43,322 bases of DNA from Candidatus Omnitrophota bacterium (GTDB taxonomy: Bacteria > Omnitrophota > Gorgyraeia > Duberdicusellales > 4484-171): positions 1 through 43,322 of the forward strand of contig JBDRDJ010000029.1 in NCBI GenBank assembly GCA_043820815.1. Reading direction: 5' to 3'. A model generated the notes under the pieces. It did not search any database and was not told where the DNA came from. It was given only the letters and a program-made list of their open reading frames with translations. Of this stretch, positions 37,218-43,322 are shown piece by piece (positions within the stretch are counted from its first letter, which is position 1; every line of letters starts with the position of its first letter). A program made the translations under genes and the position numbers.

Positions 37218-37724
37218 ATGTTAAAAATAATGAAAACCAGAAATATTTATGCCTTATGCGTTGTGTCTTGTGTCTTGTGTCTGGGCACAGCTTACGCTGA
37301 AGTAACCAGCATCCAGGAAGTGCTTAGCTCGCCGGCGTTATTCGATAAGAAGCAGGTCGAAATCGAAGGCGAGATAATAGGGGAGCTTTTGAATGATAAG
37401 GCCGGAGCCTGGGTAAATATTTCTGACCGGGGAAATAATATTGGTATTTTTCTGCCCGGGCAGGATATGGTTAAAAATATTTCTTATTGGGGAAAATATG
37501 GGATAATCGGTGACCGGGTAAAAGTTACAGGAACTTTTTTCAATAATTGTTCCCAGCATCAAGAGATTGATGTTCATTCTGAGAAAATAGAAGTAATAAA
37601 AGCAGGCTTCAAGGATATTAAGCCTCCTTCCCCGCGCAAGATAGAAATTACTCTGGCTTTATTTATTATCTGGTTGACAATAACCATAGTTTACCTTATA
37701 AGATTATACATATCTAAGATATAG
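37218..37724 (+). CDS. Exported OB-fold-like protein with C-terminal TM anchor
   Basis: Signal peptide (..TAYA|E), V.IEGE.IG, GDRVKVTGTF, C-terminal TM. Confidence 0.7.
   Translation: MLKIMKTRNIYALCVVSCVLCLGTAYAEVTSIQEVLSSPALFDKKQVEIEGEIIGELLNDKAGAWVNISDRGNNIGIFLPGQDMVKNISYWGKYGIIGDRVKVTGTFFNNCSQHQEIDVHSEKIEVIKAGFKDIKPPSPRKIEITLALFIIWLTITIVYLIRLYISKI
37247..37281 (+). repeat. Heptamer array encoding the signal-peptide core
   Basis: TTATGCC TTATGCG TTGTGTC TTGTGTC TTGTGTC. Confidence 0.75.
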
Positions 37725-37740
37725 GTTTTTTCGTTACAAG

Positions 37741-38844
37741 ATGGAACAGGAACTAAAACAATTAGAAGAGCAATTTAACCGGGATTCTCAAGGTGCCAAA
37801 ACTCAAGAAGACCTTGAGGTTCTAAGGGTAAAATATTTAGGAAGGAAGTCTTCTTTTAACGAGCTGTTCTCACGGATTCCTTCGTTGCCTAAAGAGCAGA
37901 GAGGTTTGTGGGGCAAAAACCTCAATATTCTTAAACAAAAGATTACCCGGGCGCTTTCAGACAAAGGAAATCAATTTAATTCTCAAGAAAAGAAGATTGA
38001 CCTTAGTTTTCCTCCCGTTGAAATTGATAGAGGATCAATCCATATTTTAAGGTCAGTCCTTGCCCGCATATGCAGAATTTTTGAAAAATTAGGATTTGCC
38101 GTAGTTGAAGGAGGCGAAATTGAGGATGAATGGCATAATTTTGAAGCGTTAAATATTCCTCTCGAGCATCCTTCGCGCGATGTTTTTGATACTTTTTATC
38201 TGCAAACCCCAAAAGGCACACACATACATAAGTCAAAAAAGGAGAAACCCCAGGGAAGTTATCTTCTACGAAGCCATACCTCACCTTCTCAGATAAGAGT
38301 TATGAAGGAGAATCCCCCCCCGCTCGCCGTTATCTCTCCGGGAAGGGTATACAGGCCTGATCAGGTTGACGCAACCCATTCGTTTATGTTCCATCAAATA
38401 GAGGGTTTTGCCGTAAGCAGGGAGTTAAATTTTGCTCATTTAAAAGGAGTTTTGCTTTATTTTGCCCGTGAATTTTTTAATCCCGGGGTAAATTTGCGTT
38501 TACGTCCCCATTTTTTCCCTTTTACAGAGCCTTCAGCAGAAGTTGATATTTCTTGTTTTATATGTTCCGACACCAGAAGTCAGAAGCCAGAGGTCAGACG
38601 TCAGAAGTCAGAAAAAAATAACGCAATACGAAAGTGCAGTGTATGCAAAGGCAAAGGATGGCTTGAAATTCTTGGCTGCGGGATGATCCATCCAAATGTC
38701 CTTGAAAGCTGCGCAATTGACTCGAAAAAATATAAAGGTTTCGCCTTTGGCATGGGCGTTGAACGCATTGCCATGCTGAAATACGGTATAGACGATATAC
38801 GTTTATTTTACGAGAATGATGTCAGATTCTTATCACAATTTTGA
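37741..38844 (+). CDS. pheS: Phenylalanyl-tRNA synthetase alpha subunit
   Basis: NFEALNIP..HPSR, LLRSHTSP.Q, PGRVYR, FHQIEG, FPFTEPS, GFAFGMGVER. Confidence 0.97.
   Translation: MEQELKQLEEQFNRDSQGAKTQEDLEVLRVKYLGRKSSFNELFSRIPSLPKEQRGLWGKNLNILKQKITRALSDKGNQFNSQEKKIDLSFPPVEIDRGSIHILRSVLARICRIFEKLGFAVVEGGEIEDEWHNFEALNIPLEHPSRDVFDTFYLQTPKGTHIHKSKKEKPQGSYLLRSHTSPSQIRVMKENPPPLAVISPGRVYRPDQVDATHSFMFHQIEGFAVSRELNFAHLKGVLLYFAREFFNPGVNLRLRPHFFPFTEPSAEVDISCFICSDTRSQKPEVRRQKSEKNNAIRKCSVCKGKGWLEILGCGMIHPNVLESCAIDSKKYKGFAFGMGVERIAMLKYGIDDIRLFYENDVRFLSQF
38574..38615 (+). repeat. In-frame (CAGAAGT)n heptamer array inside pheS
   Basis: CAGAAGT CAGAAGC CAGAGGT CAGACGT CAGAAGT CAGAAAA. Confidence 0.85.
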
Positions 38845-38893
38845 TTGTAGATGCTGATTCTCGCAGATATCCGTTTCTAGAGAAAAAAGCGAC

Positions 38894-40879
38894 ATGAAAT
38901 TTAGCTTAGATTTTATCAAAGAGTTTATCGATGTAGAGATACCGCCGGAAGTGGTAGCTGCCCGGCTTACCATGAGCGGTATGGAGGTTGAAAAATTAGA
39001 GAGGCATCAAGCTGACTGGATATTTGATATAGAGGTTACCTCTAACAGATTCGACTGGCTTTCTATGCATGGGATAGCCAGGGAATTATCCGCATGTTTA
39101 GGCAAAGCCTTTAAAGTTAAATATCCCGCGATTACAAAGAAACCTCTTTTAAAAAAGCCGTCAGTTGTGATAGAAAACCTTAAAGATTGTCCATATTATG
39201 TGGGCAGGTCTTTAAGCGGAGTAAAAGTTTCGCAATCTCCCCGCTGGCTTAAAGAACGCATTGTTAATTGCGGTATAAACTCAATAAATAATGTAGTCGA
39301 TATTACTAACTACTGTATGCTTAAATGGGGTAACCCTCTGCATGCTTTTGATCAAGATAAAATAGAAGGGAACGTTTATGTAAGAAGGGCGTGTAAGGGT
39401 GAGAAGTTTATAGGAATCGATGAAAAGGAACGTGTTTTAACGAAAGACAATTTAGTTATAGCTGATGACAAAAAGATAATAGCCTTAGCAGGTGTGATTG
39501 GGGAAAAATTTACCGAAGTCACCGAGTCAACGACTAATGTTTTCTTAGAGGCAGCAATATTTTCTCCTTTAACCGTAAGGCGTTCCCGGAGGCTTGCAGG
39601 AGTAGACACAGAGTCATCTTACCGGTTTGAGAGAATGGTGCACCCTGATTGCCTGGAGTATGCATCATCTGAGGCTTCTAAAATTATTGAGCAGCTGGCA
39701 AAAGCAAAACAAAAAGGATATTGCCAGTCCGGGAAAAAGCCCCTTTTAAAAAGAAAGGCAATTGAAATATCGCCGGCAAAAGTTTCAAGTTATCTGGGAG
39801 AAGAATTCTCCTTTAGCATACTTACCAAAATTCTTAAATCTCTTGATTTTACCGTTATAAATCAGGGTAAAGGAGAATTAAAAATTAGCCCCAGCCGGTT
39901 CCGTTTTGACATAGACCGGGAGGTTGACGTTTATGAAGAGATTTCCCGCATACACGGATATGAGCATATAAGGCCTAAGATTCCTTTCTTGCTTTCAGGC
40001 GTAAGGCAGGATGAACTTTACGAGTTTAAGAACGCCCTCAGGCTTTTTCTCTCTTCTTTGGCCTTACGTGAAATCGTAAGCTTTAGCATAGAGGCTCAGG
40101 AGGAATTAGGTAAATTAAGCAAAATAAAGCCTATTATGATTGCTAACCCCCTGCGAAACCAGGAAAACGCAATGAGGGCAACTTTACTTATTGGAATGCT
40201 AAAGAGCATAAAAAATAACTTAAACCGCAACCAGACAAGGCTTAAATTTTTCGAGATAGCAAATGTTTATTCCATGAAAGATAATACAATATACGAGGAG
40301 CCTTTCCTTTCGATGGGTATATGCACCCAGGATAAGGGCCTATTCCTTCTTAAGGCTTATTTGGAAGAATTGCTTCGATATTTAAATATCGAACAGGTAG
40401 AAATCAACGAGAATGCCCGCGATAACTTTACCAATTGCCTTGAATTTATCAGTGAAAAACAGGAATTAGGTTTCTTAGGAAAGCTTAATTGCCAGACAGC
40501 TAAAGAATTTGATATTAAAGAAGACGTTTTTTATGTTGAGCTAAACATTAATATTTTAAACAAAATTAAAAAAAACACATTATTTGAGCATTTCAGCCCA
40601 TACCCGGCAGTATCCCGGGACATAAGCCTTACAATAAGAGAGGATACCAAATTTGCCGAAATAGAATCTCTTATGCGAAAGCAAGCCCCGGATTGTCTGG
40701 CTAACGTAAAGGTGATTGATGAGTATGAGGGAAAGGATATCCCCGAAAACGTACGTGCGTTTACACTGCGGGTTCTGTATCAATCCAAAGAGCGTACGCT
40801 CACCTCTGCCGAAATCGATCAAATTCATACAAACATAAGAAATTCCTTAAACAGCCTCGACGGCATCACCCTCCGCTAA
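38894..40879 (+). CDS. pheT: Phenylalanyl-tRNA synthetase beta subunit (short form lacking B2)
   Basis: EVTSNR.D, INNVVDITNY, PLHAFD, SSYRFER, RFDI..EVD..EEI.RI.GY, FDX-ACB tail. Confidence 0.95.
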   Translation: MKFSLDFIKEFIDVEIPPEVVAARLTMSGMEVEKLERHQADWIFDIEVTSNRFDWLSMHGIARELSACLGKAFKVKYPAITKKPLLKKPSVVIENLKDCPYYVGRSLSGVKVSQSPRWLKERIVNCGINSINNVVDITNYCMLKWGNPLHAFDQDKIEGNVYVRRACKGEKFIGIDEKERVLTKDNLVIADDKKIIALAGVIGEKFTEVTESTTNVFLEAAIFSPLTVRRSRRLAGVDTESSYRFERMVHPDCLEYASSEASKIIEQLAKAKQKGYCQSGKKPLLKRKAIEISPAKVSSYLGEEFSFSILTKILKSLDFTVINQGKGELKISPSRFRFDIDREVDVYEEISRIHGYEHIRPKIPFLLSGVRQDELYEFKNALRLFLSSLALREIVSFSIEAQEELGKLSKIKPIMIANPLRNQENAMRATLLIGMLKSIKNNLNRNQTRLKFFEIANVYSMKDNTIYEEPFLSMGICTQDKGLFLLKAYLEELLRYLNIEQVEINENARDNFTNCLEFISEKQELGFLGKLNCQTAKEFDIKEDVFYVELNINILNKIKKNTLFEHFSPYPAVSRDISLTIREDTKFAEIESLMRKQAPDCLANVKVIDEYEGKDIPENVRAFTLRVLYQSKERTLTSAEIDQIHTNIRNSLNSLDGITLR

Positions 40880-41094
40880 ATATATCAGTTAAAAATAAAT
40901 CTCCTGATCGCACTATCATGATAGAAATCAGTGCAATCTGTGGTTTAAAAAAGTCCGGCATATATTATTAATCCCGATATTCCTGTCAAAAGAAATTTGA
41001 TATTTTCTAGAATAGCCGGCATTTAATTACGTAACTCATTCATAGATAAAAGGAAGCAAATTCGGCATTTTATTCAAAATAAGGCTTGCTTAGA

Positions 41095-41123
41095 TTGACA
41101 TTTTGGATTTGGTATGTTATACT
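41095..41123 (+). promoter_or_regulatory. Sigma70 promoter of 6S RNA
   Basis: TTGACA (41095-41100), 17 nt, TATACT (41118-41123), with TG extension. Confidence 0.75.
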
Positions 41124-41138
41124 CAAAATGAAGAAAAC

Positions 41139-41297
41139 AAAACCCTGCATGTCGCGTAAGCAGGTACAAGTGCTACAGCCAATATTTACTAAAGGGAGCC
41201 AAATTTTTCTTCCGTTGCGGCGGACAGAATGCGGTGCCCACCTGTATGAGAACAGGACTGTATGCAGCATACCTGCGACGGACAAGCGCAGGGTTTT
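41139..41297 (+). ncRNA. ssrS: 6S RNA
   Basis: ~160-nt rod: AAAACCCTGC/GCAGGGTTTT closing stem, GCAGGTA/TACCTGC and TACAG/CTGTA stems, A-rich bubble before GGGAGC, GTGCCCACC. Downstream of pheT with its own promoter. Confidence 0.82.
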
Positions 41298-41306
41298 TTT
41301 AATGAA

Positions 41307-41415
41307 GCAGCACTTTTGCCGAGCCCTTCGGCAATACTCAGGGTAAACTCCGCGAGAGCAAAAGTGCGTAGCTGAATTAATCCCGTTACGAGCGAAGCGA
41401 GTTTACGGGATTAAT
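41307..41415. repeat. Composite hairpin cluster after 6S RNA
   Basis: GCACTTTTGC/GCAAAAGTGC stem with nested CCC-TTCG..CTCA-GGG, then ATTAATCCCGT..GCGAAGC..ACGGGATTAAT. Confidence 0.75.
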
Positions 41416-41432
41416 GAGGCCGTAATCTAACC

Positions 41433-42698
41433 ATGCAAAATCAAAATACCCCTCTTGCAACCCGCCTTCGCCCAAAAACTCTCGATGAGTTCGTAGGCCA
41501 AAGCCACCTCTTGGGAGAAAATAAACTCCTAAGGAGGGTAATTATATCAAAAAAAGTCCCTTCTTTGATTCTTTATGGCCCTGCCGGCTGCGGCAAAACC
41601 ACCCTCGGTTTTATTATCGCATCAACAATAGATGCAGGCTTTGAGTATTTGAATGCCGCCTTCACCTCAACCCAGGAAGTGAGAAAAGTATTAAAGCAGG
41701 CAAAGGATAAACTCAACAAAGAAAGCCGCAAAACCATTCTTTTTATTGACGAAATACACCGCTTTAACAAGCTTCAGCAGGAAACTTTAGTTCCCGACAC
41801 AGAATCCGGCGGTATTATCTTTATCGGAGCAACTATATACAACCCCCATTACTACCTTATTAACTCAATGATTTCCCGCTCAATTGTCGCTAATTTCAAG
41901 CCGCTTTCTAAAGAGGATATTCAAGCTCTTATAAAGAGAGCTTTAACCGATAAAGAAAATGGCTTAGCAGCTTATAATGTGGATATTACAGATCAGGCAC
42001 TCGATCATATAGCTATAATGGCATCAGGCGATGCAAGAAAAGCTTTAAGCGGCCTCGAAGTTGCTGCTTTTAGCACGCAAAAAGATTCCAAGGGACGAAT
42101 TATAATTGACCTTTCTGTTGCCAAAGAAAGTATCCAGAAGTACGCATTCTATGACAGAAAGCAGGACTATCACTACGATACAATATCTGCCTTTATAAAA
42201 TCAATGCGCGGAAGTGATGTTGACAGTGCGCTTTACTGGCTGGCTAAAATGCTTAAATCAGGAGAAGACCCGCGTTTTATTGCAAGGCGAATGACAATAC
42301 TCGCATCGGAAGATATCGGAAATGCCGACCCTTTTGCGCTTGTGCTTGCAACGAGCTGTTTTAAGGCGGTTGAGTTTGTGGGGAGCCCTGAGGCAAATTT
42401 GATTTTAGCCCAAACCGTAATTTACCTTGCCTGTTCTCCAAAATCAAACAGTGTTTATAAGGCGATTTCAAAAGCTGAAAGTGACGTAGAAGCTGAAGAA
42501 ACCCAGGAAGTTCCCTCCCATATAAAAACCCACGCAAAATCCTATAAATACCCCCATATGGCCCAAACCGGAAATACCCATATAGGCGGTTTTGCCTCTC
42601 AAGACTACGGCGCAAAAAACAAATATTATTTTCCTCTTGATGTCGGCCAGGAGAAGAAATTAAAGGAATTTCTGGAGAATATTGAGAATCTAAAATAG
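41433..42698 (+). CDS. rarA: Replication-associated recombination protein RarA/MgsA
   Basis: PLATRLRP..LDEFVGQ.HL, YGPAGCGKTT, FIDEIHRFNK.QQ, ISAFIKSMRGSD, SEDIGNADP. Confidence 0.95.
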   Translation: MQNQNTPLATRLRPKTLDEFVGQSHLLGENKLLRRVIISKKVPSLILYGPAGCGKTTLGFIIASTIDAGFEYLNAAFTSTQEVRKVLKQAKDKLNKESRKTILFIDEIHRFNKLQQETLVPDTESGGIIFIGATIYNPHYYLINSMISRSIVANFKPLSKEDIQALIKRALTDKENGLAAYNVDITDQALDHIAIMASGDARKALSGLEVAAFSTQKDSKGRIIIDLSVAKESIQKYAFYDRKQDYHYDTISAFIKSMRGSDVDSALYWLAKMLKSGEDPRFIARRMTILASEDIGNADPFALVLATSCFKAVEFVGSPEANLILAQTVIYLACSPKSNSVYKAISKAESDVEAEETQEVPSHIKTHAKSYKYPHMAQTGNTHIGGFASQDYGAKNKYYFPLDVGQEKKLKEFLENIENLK

Positions 42699-42749
42699 AA
42701 TCAGGAATAAATAATAAAAAATAATGGGATTATGATATAATCAACATAT

Positions 42750-42935
42750 ATGGACAAAAAAAGCTTAGAAATAACTTCTCTTCGGGATGGAAATGGCAGA
42801 TCCTACTGGAAAAAAAAGACTTATCTAGAAAGGATGTTTGCCTTAGAGCAGTTACGAATAATTATTTTTGGCTATGATCCATCTACCTCAAGACTTCAAA
42901 GAACTCTTACAATTACTCAACTCAAAGAAAATTGA
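42750..42935 (+). CDS. Small hypothetical protein, probable partner of a nucleotidyltransferase
   Basis: YW.KKT..ER..ALEQLR....GYD....RLQR. TG-a-TATAAT (42733-42741) directly upstream. Overlaps the next ORF. Confidence 0.6.
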   Translation: MDKKSLEITSLRDGNGRSYWKKKTYLERMFALEQLRIIIFGYDPSTSRLQRTLTITQLKEN

Positions 42936-42984
42936 CAATGTTGAAGTAAATTTTATATCTCTTAAAGATTTAAAGGAAAATAAA
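42874..42984 (+). pseudogene. Internally deleted nucleotidyltransferase-family remnant
   Basis: N-terminal LPQDFKELLQLLNSKK joined directly to C-terminal IDNVEVNFISLKDLKENK. The GG.A / T.D.D catalytic core is absent. Family recognised from memory. Confidence 0.6.
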
Positions 42985-43202
42985 ATATTTTCTAAAGCAT
43001 ATCCAGCGGGCTCTTGGGAGCATTCGACATATCCCTTAAAATATACCTCCAACCGTACATCTACCCAACAAATACCAAAATAATTGACATTCATCAATAA
43101 CCGCCCCTCTTATATAAAAGACGTATAAGAAACCCAAATTCTTTCAAATATTTTGCCTTTTTATTGCATTTTTGCCTAAAAAGCAATGGTATAAAAATAA
43201 AA

Positions 43203-43322
43203 TTGAATGAAATTGGTTTAATCGTTGACGAAGAATTGAAAAATACCGAAAATATTCGAAATGAAATAAAATTGGACCGTTATATTATTATGCCAAACCA
43301 TTTACATTGTATAATTATAATT
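43203..43322 (+). mobile_element. REP-associated tyrosine transposase (RAYT, IS200-like HUH), partial
   Basis: Manual translation LNEIGLIVDEELKNTENIRNEIKLDRYIIMPNHLHCIIII contains the MPNHxH HUH motif. Runs off the window; start uncertain. Confidence 0.8.

Noticed and set aside
38845-40945. Possible 9-nt-period remnants (GCTGATTCTCGCAGAT near 38852; AATCAGTGCAATCTGTGG near 40926)
   Set aside because: Only about two degenerate units each; too weak to call.
41070-41346. ORFs 41086-41346 (+) and 41070-41285 (-)
   Set aside because: They overlap the 6S RNA and its promoter.
3657-43097. Numerous minus-strand and alternate-frame ORFs in the track
   Set aside because: They are shadows of well-supported + strand genes or RNA elements, without family motifs.
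1-43322. CRISPR array, prophage, integrase, rRNA
   Set aside because: No regularly spaced direct repeats with spacers, no cas/phage/integrase motifs, and no rRNA-like sequence.

Overview
AT-rich bacterial chromosomal segment. Essentially every credible gene is on the + strand and it starts at the rpmH-yidD-yidC-parAB cluster, so it is probably origin-proximal. Gene content suggests a PVC-group organism such as Ca. Omnitrophota (inference only). Contents in order: rpmH, yidD, yidC, two variant parS palindromes, parAB, ndk, yicC, gmk, rpoZ, tRNA-Cys/Leu/Val, PyrR-attenuated pyrR-pyrB-pyrC, an EndoQ-family nuclease, tRNA-Arg, LOG/dUTPase/PilZ/YjbQ/mutM, a GT2 + LAB_N + ArnT-like triad, pabB, pyrK-[GT2, TSUP]-pyrD-pyrF, a V/A-type ATPase operon (E-C-A-B-D-I-K), tRNA-Val, thrS-infC-rpmI-rplT-[trkA-trkA-trkH-OB protein]-pheS-pheT, 6S RNA, rarA, a decayed nucleotidyltransferase pair and the start of a REP-associated tyrosine transposase (RAYT). 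The proteins are mostly housekeeping; the unusual signal is non-coding. (i) A two-hairpin cassette with invariant TTCG/CTCA internal loops but freely covarying stems is fused to the Shine-Dalgarno of atpK, infC and rpmI. (ii) Several families of 7-nt-period arrays occur in tRNA leaders and in frame inside pyrR, pyrK, pheS and a signal peptide. (iii) A duplicated ~150-bp AT-rich hairpin element. (iv) GTAG/GCAG-type REP hairpins. rnpA is absent from its usual position. All assignments were made by eye, with no database searches.
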